A DNA stretch of 64,000 nt from Centroscyllium fabricii. Lineage: Eukaryota. Below, in pieces: positions 23,191-36,214 of this stretch. The DNA lies in NCBI GenBank assembly GCA_051313645.2, contig JBNRSN020000002.1, positions 41,850,001 to 41,914,000 of the forward strand, in the 5' to 3' direction. The notes beneath the pieces were generated by a model. That model had not been told where the DNA came from and searched no databases. It saw only the letters and a program-made list of their open reading frames with translations. The stretch's first letter is position 1. The number at the start of each line of letters is the position of its first letter. The translations under genes were made by a program, and so were the position numbers.

Positions 23191-24313
23191 GTTTAAAACC
23201 TGGCACAGCCTCCATAATGTTGACTAGAATGGCCCCGATTTTAACATCAGGTGGATTCTCTGTTCAGGCCTGAGCTAAAATCACAGTCGGGTCTCAATGA
23301 TGTCATCGGGCCGCAACATGCAGATGTGAAGAAGGACCCTGTGCTCCGGGCACGTGTCCCTCCTGCCTGCTCAGGACAGCAGGTTAAAATTGCAGATGTT
23401 GCGATCATGGCGGCTTTTGGACAACAACAAGAACAACTTGTGTTTATCTAGCGCCTTTAACATAGTAAAACGTCCCAAGGCGCTGCACAAGAGTGTTACA
23501 AGATAAAAAGTTTGACACCGAGCCACATAAGGAGAAATTAGGGCAGGTGACCAAAAGCGGACAGGTAAGAGCCAGGGCGATTTTAACCACCAGGTTTCTG
23601 CTGAGCGAGTAGGAGTGTAAGAAATGGGTTAATGTTATATTAATTTCAATTTCTGCCTGCTAAGTGAGTGTCTGTTAGAAGGCTGGAAATGTTTCATTTC
23701 CGTTTTCAACTAAATGGAAAGACAAGGCCAGGGACATGCAGCTGGTAAGAGTTTAGCAGAGGCAAAAACAGACATCCTTTGTCAGGCCGTTGCATCAACT
23801 TCCATGGGTTGTGCAGCTGTGAGAGTGGTGGCGGGCTAATGGTGCCGAGGATGGCCAACTCCTCCGGAAATTATGGCAGATAATTGGATGAGGTCATTTG
23901 GATACGTACAGAATCTCCTGTAGCCAGAGTGAAGGAAAGGTATAAAAGGTGGGTGATTAAATTAGATACTTCAGAATTCGACAAGGCCTGATCAAACATT
24001 CCAGCTTGAAACCTATAACACAGTGAATTCTCCGGTGATTTTATTAGCATAAGTATAATGTTAAGTATATGTGTAATTGTTATTAATAATGGTTATCGTT
24101 GTATGCTTATATTCTATGAAAGCCAATAAATGCCTTTGAACCCCATATTTTGAGGAATTACTTAGAAGTAAGAACATCTAGTATGCTCAGTGAGATGCGG
24201 CATATCAGCAACTTAGATGGGCGTAAATGGGCTCAACCTTGCAGCTCATGACTAGCTTCTGGTGCCAGCTGTCAGCCTAGCAACAGGGCCGGTCTTATGT
24301 GTGGACGACCTGG

Positions 24314-25247
24314 GTGACACTAAGCTTGGAGGGGGAGTATGCTCTGAGGAGGATGTCGGGAAGCTCCAGAGCGACCTGGACAGATTGGGGGATTGGGCGA
24401 ACACATGGCAAATGCACTATAATGTGGATAAATGTGAGATTATCCACTTTGGTAGCAAAAACAGAAAGGCAGATTATTATTTGAACGGCAATAGATTGGG
24501 AGATGGGGAAGTGCAAAGAGATCTGGGTGTTCTTGTGCACCAGTCACTGAAGGTGAGCATGCAGGTGCAGCAGGCGGTTAAAAAGGCAAATGGTATGTTG
24601 GCCTTTATATCAAGAGGGTTTGAGTATAGGAATAGGGATGTCCTGCTGCAGCTGTACACGGTCTTGGTGAGGCCACACCTTGAGTATTGTGTGCAGTTTT
24701 GGTCGCCTCATCTGAGGAAGGGTGTTCTTGCCATTGAGGGAGTACAGCGACGATTCACCAGGCTGATACCTGGGATGGCAGGAATGACTTATGAGGAGAG
24801 ATTGTGTAGTCTGGGCTTATACTCGCTGGAGTTTAGAAGATTAAGAGGGGATCTCATCGAGACTTATAAAATTCTGTCAGGCTTGGACAGGTTAGATGCA
24901 GAAAGGATGTTTCTGATGGCGGGGGAGTCGAGAACCAGGGGGCATAGTCTAAGGATAAGGGATAAGCCTTTTAGGACTGAGATGAGGAGGAAATTCTTCA
25001 CACAGAGAGTGGTGAACCTGTGGAATTCCTTGCCACAGAGGGCGGTGGAGGCCGGTTCATTGAATATATTCAAGAGGGAACTGGATATATTTCTTCAGGC
25101 TAAAGGGATTAAGGGATATGGGGAGAAGGCAGGGACTGGGTACTGAACATGTAAGATCAGCCATGATCTAATTGAATGGCGGAACAGGCTCGAAGGGCCG
25201 AATGGCCTACTCCTGCTCCTATCTTCTATGATTCTATGATTCTATGA
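24314..25247 (+). mobile_element. CR1 LINE 3' end, 5'-truncated, ORF2 C-terminus uninterrupted
   Basis: DTKLGG..KGYGEKAGTGY open frame; (ATTCTATG)n tail. Confidence 0.93.
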
Positions 25248-25504
25248 CCTTGTAATATTTGCATACTGCATTGTGATTGGTTATTAGCCAGCAGGCATTC
25301 TGCAAGGGCAGCTACTGCTGAGAAAGTTCTGGAAACCTTGGGGTCCTGCTGCCATTTTAGTTTTTACTTGAAGTCTGCCACATAGAGCTGCAGTAAAGAT
25401 ATCGTTAGGCCTTTTGTTTATTAAAGAGTCCGTTTATAATACCCCGTTGTCCTAAAATTTATTAGTTTTGTACAAAGTGTGCTAAACAAGACAGACCTCT
25501 GCAA

Positions 25505-25790
25505 AACATAGAAACATCGAAGATAGGAGCAGGAGTAGGCCATTCAGCCCCTCGAGCCTGCTCCGCCATTCAATGAGATCATGGCTGATCATCCAAATTC
25601 AGTACCCTGTCCCTGCCTTCTCCCCATATCCTTTGATCCCTTTAGCCTTAAGAAATATATCCAACTCCTTCTTGAATATATTTAATGAATTGGCCTCCAC
25701 TGCCTTCTGTGGTAGAGAATTCCACAGGTTCACCACTCTCTGGGTGAAGAAATTCCTCCTCATCTCTGTCCTAAATGGCTTACCCCTTTT
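25505..25790 (-). mobile_element. CR1 3' fragment
   Basis: Reverse complement of the CR1 3' end and tail. Confidence 0.88.
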
Positions 25791-26047
25791 CTTTACGACA
25801 ACGGATGAATGGACACCGCACCAGAATCGCCAGGCAGGAGTGTTCCTTCCCAGTCGGGGAACACTTCAGCAGTCAAGGACATTCAGCCTCCGATCTTCGG
25901 GTAAGCATTCTCCAAGGCGGCCTTTGAGACACACGACAACACAAAATCGTCGAGCAAAGGCTGATAGCCAAGTTCCGCACTCATGAGCATGGCCTCAACC
26001 GTGATATTGGCTTCATGTCGCGCTACATGTGACCCCGCCTGATGTAG

Positions 26048-26420
26048 AAACACACAGACACAGAAGATAGGAGCAGGAGTAGGCCATTCGGCCCGTCGAG
26101 CCTGCTCCGCCATTTTGACGAGATCATGGCTGATCATCCAAACCCAGCACCCCCCCTCCTACCCATATCTCCCAACACCCCCAACTCTAAGAACTATATC
26201 TCACACACATACTCATGGGCATTTTTTTTTTAGTGTCTCCAATTCACCTAACCTGCATGCCTTTGGGTGGTGGGAGGAAACCGGAGTACCTGGAGAAAAC
26301 CCACACGAACACGGGGAGAACATGCAAACTCCATGCAGAGAAATCTCGGGCTGAGCAGGATTCGAACCTAGGAGCTCCTTATTGCGAGGCAGCAGTACTA
26401 ACCACTGCGCCACCGTGTCG
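26048..26420 (-). mobile_element. HE1-related V-SINE variant
   Basis: Same subfamily as 41061-41424; tRNA head, V-core, CR1 tail. Confidence 0.85.
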
Positions 26421-26453
26421 TCCAGACTCGAGTCGTCTTTGGCTTGTCCTCAC

Positions 26454-26733
26454 TGTGACCTGAAATAACGACCTCGTGGACGAGTAGTTAGATGAAGAAA
26501 CAATTAGGCTTTTATTCACTACAAGCTGGGACATACACCAGCTAGTCGACTGTTCCCAGGTATGGCCGGGGGATGGGAGGCAGCCACTTATATACCTCCT
26601 CCAGGGAGGGAGGAGTCGTGGGCGGAGCCAACCTGGGCATGTCCCAGTAATCGTATCACTGTACAGGTATTACATCAAATACATGTAGGTTAACTATATA
26701 CATCCAATACTTATGATAAACGGGTTTATCACA
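26454..26733 (-). mobile_element. 280-bp solo LTR of the Gypsy A-type clade
   Basis: TSD CTCAC 26449-26453/26734-26738; minus strand TGTGATAAACC..GGTATATAAG..GTAGTGAATAAAAGCC..CACA. Confidence 0.9.
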
Positions 26734-27567
26734 CTCACTAAGCGGATGCGGCTGCAATTTCCAGCAAGAAAAATCTTTTTTTTTAAATCATTCTGTGTAA
26801 GTTTTCACACAGACACCAGACTGCAATATTTGACCCTTTGTGATTGCACCTCATTGATCTCAGGGTGGTACCTGTCTTATTGACTGATCTGTTAAAACAC
26901 CATTCACACCTTTGATTGCTGTGGATGTCTCTCTGCTGAGGTGTGATGTAGGACAGTTGGAAAGATTACATTGTTTCCCCCCCTCTATATATGCTGTGTT
27001 TAAATGAATCTGTTTTACTTACACCTGATGAAGGAGCTACGCTCCGAAAGCTTGTGATTTCAAATAAAACTGTTGGACTATAACCTGGTGTTGTGTGACT
27101 TCTTACAATTGCCCTTTTCTTCAGACTGTGTCCTCTGGTTCTGGACTCCCTGGCCATCGGGAACATCCTTCCTGCATCTAGTCTGTCCAATCCCATTAGA
27201 ATTTTATAAATTTCAATGCGAAGAACTTGGCTCTCTCCAAACTTCTGTTTCCAATGGACTGTAGCACTCCTCAAGAAGAGCAAACTTCAAGTTTCAACAA
27301 CAAGTTCCCAAACACATGGATAGCACTCAAGATCCTGCTAATCAGGCCCGTATTGGTGGCGAGCAGCGAACAGAACTCCTCAAATTTGAATACTCATAAA
27401 AACATACTTGTGATCGACCATGGGAGACAGCAGGCAATCATCCTGTCTATCGAGAATGATATGGTGCAAAAAATCTTGGCGAAGGAAGTATTTTTATTTG
27501 TTATTGTTATTTATTAGTTTAGTGTTTAATTTAATGTTTTGTTTATTTGTCACTTAGCTATAATAAT

Positions 27568-28331
27568 GGCCCAAAAATTAGGGTGACCGCGGGAGGTTTT
27601 TGAGCCGGGTACTCACGCGTCCGAGCTCGCAATTGCAGGTAGCCGTCGTTTCCTGCTGCTACCTGTAATTACGATGACAGCCAGAGGGGGATCGCGAGCT
27701 GCAGCCGGCTGGATCGCATTCGCCTGCGCACCAGGAGGTGCACAGTGGATTTCCAATTTTTTTCCGAGTGTTTTATCAGGGTAGGTATTGAAGATTTTAC
27801 GCTGAAAAATATTAGCCGTAACGACCCCTTTTTAGCAGGTAAGTCTTTATTTTATAGAGTTTAAGTATTTATTTAACAGGTTTTTAATTTTTTTAAACTT
27901 TAAGGACAGGTAAGTATTCTTTTAGGCCAGTTAAAAACTTTTTTTTTTAATTCTAAATTTTTATTTTTTCTTTAAAATAGGTAATTTATGTTCGTCAGAG
28001 TATTGTTAAGAAATGTGATGTTTTTTTTATTTTCTTTTTGTGTTTAGATGTGTTTTTGAAGCTCTTCCTTTTCATAACTTACACAGATTTCTCCGTGTAA
28101 GTTATGAATGGAGGATTGCTTCCATTCATTGGCTCCCTGCAGATCACGTGGTCCCGTGCGATATCTCCCACTAACTGTGCCGTTGAGTTGCACCAGCAGG
28201 GCGCCTGGAGCTTTCAGCAGCTGTACAACTCGGGATTTCACATCCTAGAATTGCAGAACGGCAGGAGCGCAGGGTAAGTGTATCTTGGAGGCTTACACTC
28301 GCAGGAAGGCTCCGAGGCTGATTTTTGGGCC
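27568..28331. mobile_element. PIF/Harbinger-like MITE
   Basis: TIR GGCCCAAAAAT..ATTTTTGGGCC, AAT/ATT flanks, AT-rich core. Confidence 0.75.
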
Positions 28332-30715
28332 ATTATGTTTTATGACTTATATCATTTATTACTTAAATTATAAAAATACTTTTGAGATTACAGCTTTATT
28401 TCTGAAACTTTCGCTAATACTACGACATACTTAAACTCAAAGAAAGGATGTCAAAATACAAGTTCGCCCAGGGCGCCATGTTCCCTAAGGCCAGCCCTGC
28501 CTAACAAGAACTCGCCGTTTGTTTAATGACTAACCATAACTATTGTGGCCCAAGATGACATACTTGCAATGGAAGTTTAGAGCCAACTTAACCCACGATG
28601 ACAGGCTCGCTAATCAGGTAGCTGAGCTCAGCTTTTGTCCTGTGGCCCTTTTAAAATTCCGCCCGGAAAAGCAGAGCGTTAAGTGTACCGCTTTCGTTTG
28701 AACTCCTGTTTCTGCCGGGCAGTGGGACTTCAAATTCTCCCCTCCGCTCTGCCAATTTTTCAATAGTTTGGTTTGGAGATTCTTCAACACAGTGATAGCC
28801 ACAGACCCGGCCGAGCAAAAACAAAACCCGTCTCCTGAGAGAAGAGGTCACTGTTCACCTACATTGACGAGGGTACAGTAATGCACTGCTCAGGTGCGGC
28901 ACTCATTGTTGCCAGGACTCCCACCGATTTATTGCATTGGTTTTCATAGCTTGTCATAGCCGCAATCCAATAGCACTTTATTTCACTGTGTTAAACAAAG
29001 ATAAGCAGGAACGCATTAGTCACATTAGAACCATATATTATATCAAGCACCGTGTATATACAATACTTTTTCTTGGATTAGCTCAGTGATAGATGGCAAT
29101 GCCGAAACAGAAGCTGTCAGGGCTCCTGACACAGGCATCTTTTTTGGGCAATACAGCACACTGAAAGTTTTACACGGGCATCAGTCTCAATGCAATATAG
29201 AGGCTGCAGAAGCAGCCCAGAAACCACTGGCATTCTGACGAAAGGTCATCGACCAGAAACGTTAACCCTGTTTCTCTCTCCACCAAAGCTGCCTGTCCTG
29301 CTGAGTTTTACGGCATTTTCTGTTGTTATTTCAGCATTCTGTTTTGCTTCATTTAAGAATTATACCTTAACCGGCTATCAAACCTTTTTTTTAAATTCAT
29401 TTATGGGTTGTGTGCATCGCTGGCAAGGCCAGCATTCATTGCCCATCGCTAGTTGCCCTCGAGATGGTGGCGGTGAGCCGCCTGTAAGGGGTGGTGTTTG
29501 TGGTTCTCAGCTTTGCCTCTGACTTATGAGTGGTTCGAATCGCTCCCACTCCCTTTGGTTCTAGACCTGGGGCTTATTTGGGGGCAGTAATGAAAACTGA
29601 GTTGGTGAAAAAACTTTGATTTTTACTTTGAGAAAATATAATTACACAACACAATAATCTTATCACTCTAAAATTGGGGGAACACTTTGGAAATATGCGA
29701 AGGAGAATAACAATAGACACAATACTTCCCCCTTCCAATCCCACTTCACTAACTAAGTTGAGCTCCAAAGGACCAGGGATAATGCTCACCAAAATGACTT
29801 CCTTTGACAGTTGTAGAGGTTCGCGATTTTGGGGTTCTCTAAATGTGGCAGTTGGGGCCTGCCGTACCCCGGACGTGGTAGAGGACTTCACCTGCATTGC
29901 TGTTCAGTCTCCGCGTGTCCGCTGATGCGGTCAGGTGCGTATTGGATCTATCGGGTAAGTACCCAATTTTTTGTGGTCAGAAGTAGGGTTTCGAGTCTTT
30001 TCATTCAAATCTTACCTAGGGGGGTAAGTCAGAATAGATTGTAGAGTGGAACAAACTTGCGAATCTTCGGTTTCTTTCAAGTTGGTTTCTTGTTGGTCGC
30101 TGTGGCCCAATATTACCCAGTTGCTGGTAATATTTTGGTTGTTTGTTTTTATGGGGCCCTTGGTTGCTGCGAGGTGTCCGATGTCTTCTTCTGGCCCTCC
30201 ACTTACAGTGCTTTCGTGACTTCACGTGACTGAGCCCACTTGATGTGGATTTTGAAGTCACCGTTGTTACTGCTCGAATTCCTTTCAACTTGATTTTTTC
30301 TTCTTCACCGAGCCGTGCTGAACCTGAACCTTGAACTGAGTTGACTGTTGATCTCTCACTGTTGTAAAAACAGGTCCTCAATTATACCTGTGGTAACCGT
30401 TATATGTACTTGTATTACCACCCCAATATTGTTACCAATATTACATGTATGTATAGCGGCCGGGTGCATGATGTAACTGCCCTGTATTCCGACACTGTCG
30501 CGGGGTCAGGTCAGCCACACCTCTAACTCCTCCCCTCAGGTGAGTGCCTTATAGGTGGGGACTGACCGGCCCCCATTCATTCTGTACCTGATGTTCGATC
30601 GGAGCGTAGCTCCGTTGTAAGCTAATAAAAGCCTATAGTTAAGGTAACTACGCGTCTTTAGTTTTATTAGACTATTGACGATACGTCAATTTTATTAGCT
30701 TAGAAAAATTCTAAA

Positions 30716-33700
30716 ATGGAGAGCGGCGCTGTAAAACCCGAAAAGCTGGACATTAGTCCACAGGACCCAGCCGCCACCAACACCTTCGAACACTGGTTCG
30801 GTCTCCTGGAGGCCTACATGAACGCCGCCAAGGCTACAACCGAAGAGAACAAGCTACACGTTCTCCGGTCCAGGATCTCCAGCTGGGTATTCTTCTTCAT
30901 CCGTGATGCCACAACGTACCCCGATGCGGTGGCTAAACTGAGGAAATGCTACGAGCGCCCGGTCCACTCAGTCTATGCCAGGCATGTGCTCACGAACAGA
31001 CCACAACTACCGAGTGAGTCAAATGAGCAGTTCGAGCAGGCACTCCAAGCCCTTGTCCGGGTCTGCGGCTGCCAACCACGGACGGCAGAAGAGGAGGCGA
31101 ACCTCCTCGTCCGGGACGCCTATGTAACGGGACTCAGGTCCGCAGAAGCTCGCCAGCGGCTGCTGGAAAAAGACACTTTAACTCTGGAGGAGGCGATCTC
31201 TATCGCCAACGCTGCTGAGGGCGCACGCCGCAAGCTGCAGGCGTACGGCGGCCCAAACCCACAGGCCGTCTACGACGCGTGGGCAGCCCCACAACGGGTC
31301 GAGACCCCCACAATGGCAGCGGCAGCTGTGAAGACGCCGGCGGAGAAGAAATGCTAATTCTGCGGCCAGGGACTACACCCACGGGCGAGATGCCCAGCGA
31401 AGACCGCGACCTGCGAGAGGTGCTCAAAGAAAGGACACTACGCCAAGGCCTGCAGATCAGCCCCGGCGTCCAGCTACAGGTACAACAGCGCGGCCTGCGA
31501 AAGCTCCAACACCAGCCCTTAGCCTCAGGTAAGCTGCAACTGCAGCGCGACCCAGCGACGGTCCGGGGGTAGAGTACAAGCGCCCCCGTCTCCCACCCGG
31601 ATGCGGCAGAGGCCGGCTGCACCCACGGCATGCCAAACTCAGCCACGGCCGGCCATGCGCGAACCCCCAACGCTGGCATCCCGCCCAGCGCGGCTCGCTG
31701 CGTGCGAATCACGGGCACCGCCAACCCAGCCGCCGCGGCCCGCTGCGTGCGAACCACGGGCACCGCCAACCCAGCCACCGCGGCCCGCTGTGTGTGAACC
31801 ACGGGCACCGCCACCGCGTCTACAGCTGCCCGCCGCGTGCGAACCACGGGCACTGCCATCTTGTCCGCTGCGGCCCGCCATGTGCGACCCCCGGCGCCGC
31901 CATCTTGTCTTCAGCGGCCAGCCACGTGCGACTCTCCGGTGCCGCCATCTTGTGTACGGCCCCGACCAGCGGAGGGCTCCCACACACACACACACACACT
32001 TCGGCCTTAGCCATCCCGAAAGTCGATCATGCTAGGCCGCACACCCTATCAAATTCCATGATGGGGATTAAAGTCAATGGCCATGCCACTAACTGCCTGT
32101 TCGACACTGGAAGCACATAGAGCTTCATTCACCCCGATACAGCGAAACGCTACGGACTGCAGATCCTGCCCACGCGCTACCAGGTCTCCCTTGCTTCACA
32201 GTCCCACACCGCAGACGTCACCGGCTACTGCTCGGTCACATTCACAGTTAAGGGCTGCGTGTACCGTAATTTTAAATTGTACATAGTCAAGCAGTTGTGC
32301 TCCCCAGTCTTACTGGGTCTGGATTTCCAGTGCCACCTTAAGAGTTTGACAATGGAGTTCGGCGGGACCCTGTCCCCCCTCACCATCAGTAGCCGGGAAA
32401 ATCTCTTCCCAAAGCGGAGCCCGGCCTGCGGCCTCTCCACCCTGAAAGTCGACCCCCCCTCACTGTTCGCCAACCTCGACCCCAACTGCAAGCCCATTGC
32501 TACTAAGAGTCGGCGGTACAGTGCGGGGGATCGGACGTTTATCAGGTCGGAGGTCGGGCGTATGCTGAAGGAGGGGATAATTGAAGCCAGCACCAGCCCC
32601 TGGCGGGCCCAGGTTGTAGTGGTTAAGACTGGCGAGAAACATCGGATGGTTATCGATTACAGCCAGACCATTAACCGCTACACCGGGCTTGATGCCTACC
32701 CCCTCCCCCGCATCTCGGAAATGGTTAACCAGATCGCCCAATACAAGGTGTTCTCCACAATCGACCTTAAGTCGGCGTATCACCAACTCCCGATCCGGAA
32801 AGCCGACCGCCCGTACACCGCCTTCGAGGCGAACGGTCGGCTCTACCACTTCCTCCGGGTCCCCTTCGGCGTGACCAACGGGGTGTCGGTATTCCAGAGA
32901 GAGATGGACCGCATGGTTGACCAGAATGGGTTGCAGGCCACCTTCCCCTACCTGGACAACGTGACCATCTGCGGCCATGACCAGCAGGACCACGATGCAA
33001 ATCTGGCCAAATTCCTCGACACGGCGAAACGGCTAGATCTCACATACAACAAAGACAAATGTGTCTTTAGTACAGATCGGCTCGCCATCCTCGGATACGT
33101 GGTGGAAAACGGGGTCCTCGGCCCCGACCCACAGCGTATGCGCCCCTTACAGGAACTGCCCCTTCCTCACAACCCTAAAGCCCTGAAGAGATGTCTGGGA
33201 TTTTTCTCTTATCACGCGCAATGGGTTCCCCAGTTCGCGGATCAGGCCAGACCGCTCCTTAAGGCTGCCGCCTTCCCCCTCTCGGTAGAAGCCCAAACGG
33301 CATTCGCCCGGATCAAGGAAGACATTATCAAGGCGACCATGCACGCCGTTGATGAATCCATCCCTTTCCAGGTGGAGAGTGACGCTTCGGACTTTGCCCT
33401 TGCCGCCACCCTGAATCAGGCAGGCAGGCCCGTAGCATTTTTCTCCCACACCTTACAGGGACCCGAGATTCGACACTCTGCAGTGGAAAAGGAGGCCCAG
33501 GCCATCGTGGAGGCCGTGCGCTACTGGCGTCATTACCTGGCCGGTAAGCGTTTTACACAGCTCACCGACCAACGGTCGGTCGCGTTTATGTTTAACAATA
33601 AACAAAAGGGTAAAATCAAGAATGATAAGATCCTGCGGTGGCGGATCGAGCTCTCGACTTACGAGTATGACATTCTTTACCGACCAGGCAAACTCAATGA

Positions 33701-34984
33701 ACCCCCGGACGCACTGTCCAGGGGAACGTGCGCCAGTGCCCAGCTAGACCGGCTGAAGGAACTCCACGATCGCCTCTGCCACCCGGGTGTCACCAGACTT
33801 GCCCACTTCGTAAAATCCCGTAGCCTCCCCTACTCCATCACAGAGATCAAGGCTATGACCCGAGAGTGCCCTGTTTGCGTCGAGTGTAAACCCCAATTTT
33901 TCAGGCCAGACACGGCGCACCTCATTAAGGCCACCCGCCCCTTTGAACGTCTAAGCGTGGACTTCAAAGGCCCCCTCCCCACCACCGACCGCAACTCGTA
34001 CTTCCTCACAGTCGTAGACGAGTTCTCCCGCTTCCCCTTCGCCTTCCCCTGCCCAGATATGACGAGCGCAACGGTGATCAAACACTTCACCACGCTGTTC
34101 GCTATTTTTGGTCTCCCCAGCTACAGCCATAGCGACCGGGGGGGCGTCGTTCATGAGCGACGAACTGCGTCAGTTTCTGCTTCAGAAAGGGGTTGCCTCA
34201 AGCAGAACGACCAGTTACAACCCCCGGGGGAACGGCCAGGTAGAAAGGGAGAACGGGATCGTCTGGAAGGTGGTCAGCCTGGCTCTGAAGTCCAGAGGCA
34301 TTCCAGTGTCCCGTTGGCAGGCAGTCCTCCCTGATGCGCTGCACTCGATACACTCTCTGTTGTGTACGGCCACCAACGCCACACCTCACGATTTAATCTT
34401 TTCCTTCCCCAGGAAGTCGACTTCGGGGACAGCCCTTCCACCGTGGCTCACGATGCTGGGGCCGGTCTTGCTTAGGAAGCACGTCCGCGGCCATAAGACC
34501 CACCCCCTGGTAGACAAGGTGCAGCTGCTGCACGCCAACCCACAGTACGCGTACGTACAGTTCCCGGACGGGCGCGAGGACACTGTCTCCATCAGGGACC
34601 TAGCGCCCGCCAGGAGCACCACAGCAGAGCCCCTGGTCGGGCAGCAGCCCGCCCAGCCACTATATTTCGGCCACCTCCAGCCACTACATATCGACCACTG
34701 GCCGATACACGACCCACAACCCACCAGAGGCTGGCCGCCACTACCGTATGGTTCGGAGCCCCCGCCATTGCCAGCTGAGGCCAAGACTCGGATGACCAGC
34801 TGCAGGCACAGCAGCAACCGCAGGGCTCGGACCCACCGCCACCACCAGCACCTACAGTACCGGCACCAGCGCCGCCGCCACCACCACCGGCTCCAACGCC
34901 GCCAATGCTGCAGGAACCAGAACATTTGACAGAGACCCGGCGGTCCTCCAGACAGACGCGACCGCCGGATAAGCTAATCATGAA
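30716..34984 (+). pseudogene. gag-pol of Gypsy C, disrupted
   Basis: ATG 30716; stops at 31355 and 32118, frameshifts near the (CA)n run 31981-31999 and the G-run near 34140; RT-RH-IN open 32259-34140. Confidence 0.92.
31650..31960 (+). repeat. 45-bp minisatellite (AACEPRAPPTQPPRP) in gag-PR linker of Gypsy C
   Basis: CGCTGCGTGCGAACCACGGGCACCGCCAACCCAGCCGCCGCGGCC units. Confidence 0.85.
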
Positions 34985-36214
34985 CTGCTCTGTCCATTCA
35001 CCCCGCTGGACATGATTTTCAAAGAAGGGGTGAATGTGGTAACCGTTATATGTACTCGTATTACCACCTTAATATTGTTACCAATATTACATGTATGTAT
35101 AGCGGCCGGGTGCATGATGTAACTGCCCTGTATTCCGACACTGTCGCGGGGTCAGGTCAGCCACACCTCTAACTCCTCCCCTCAGGTGAGTGCCTTATAG
35201 GTGGGGAATGACCGGCCCCCATTCATTCTGTACCTGATGTTCGATCGGAGCGTAGCTCCGTTGTAAGCTAATAAAAGCCTATAGTTAAGGTAACTACGCG
35301 TCTTTAGTTTTATTAGACTATTGACTATACGTCAATACCGTTTGAGGCCTGCTAATCTGCCCGCCAAATCAGCTGTCTCTTTGTTACTTTTGGTGGGCTC
35401 GTTAATAATGATGGGTTTGAAATTGTTTAATAGATTTCGGGATTCTCCTATTTTAAGATGGTCCCATTAATTCTTAAATGGTCTAAACGATTGTTTAGCC
35501 TTTTGTTTGATCACACTGAAATTTGTCTTTTCCTGTTGGGCCTTTGTTGGTTGGTGGCATGTTCTGCATTATGTATGCTTTGGATGGTTCTGTAATTTTG
35601 GCGGGAACTGCTCTTCCGTTGGCCTTTTGTCATTATGTAAAACAACTGAGACAGTCCAGATCGTTCCCAGACAGCTTCGCTTATGCCAATTTCCAAACTG
35701 GCCGTTTACAGAGGCCCATCCCAATTCCTTTGTTTGCAGCCTTTTTCCTCCCACAGGCTCGAACATGCTTTTTAAAATAGTCAAAAATCCTGGGGTTTTG
35801 ACTTTAAACCCCCTTTTCGGCCCAATATTCTGATACCTTTGTGACATGGGTTTTTAAACAGTTCATAAATCTCTTCTTTATGGTAATCTTCTTGGTTTTT
35901 GGGATCTGCAGAATTTTGCGAGTCCTACATGCCTTCTTGAATCGCTGCAGTCCGAGTGGAGAAGGTACTCCCATAGTGCTGTTAGGGAGGGAGTTCCAGG
36001 ATTTTGACCCAGCAACGATGAAGGAACGGCGATATTTCTAAATCAGGATGGTGTGTGACTTGGAGGGAAACTTGCAGGCGGCGAAGTTCCCATGCACCTG
36101 CTGGCCTTGTCCTTCTAGGTGGGAGAGGTCACGGGTTTGGGAGGTGCTGCCGAAGAAGCCTTGGCGAGTTGCTGCAGTGCATCTTGTAGATAGTACACAC
36201 TGCAGTCACGGTAT

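Larger units (their letters stand above)
25791..27110 (+). mobile_element. Second Penelope 3' fragment interrupted by a SINE and a solo LTR
   Basis: Colinear with 22510-23150; hammerhead motif with canonical CTGATGA at 27022-27056. Confidence 0.85.
30389..35334 (+). mobile_element. Gypsy C, full length
   Basis: 300-bp LTRs 30389-30688 and 35035-35334 (about 5 mismatches), TSD ATACC, PPT 35021-35034. Confidence 0.97.
29483..35929 (-). mobile_element. About 1.5-kb solo LTR (29483-30388 plus 35340-35929) split by Gypsy C
   Basis: Minus-strand termini TGTAGGA..CCTTACA, 4-bp TSD CGCC/TGCC, ends homologous to 52822-54413. Confidence 0.75.

Noticed and set aside
24059-25474. Possible solo LTR hosting the CR1 at 24314-25247
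   Set aside because: LTR-like composition but termini and TSD could not be fixed
31355-31357. Programmed gag stop or readthrough in Gypsy C
   Set aside because: TAA replaces the Tyr of CYFC that is intact in A and B, so it is a decay mutation
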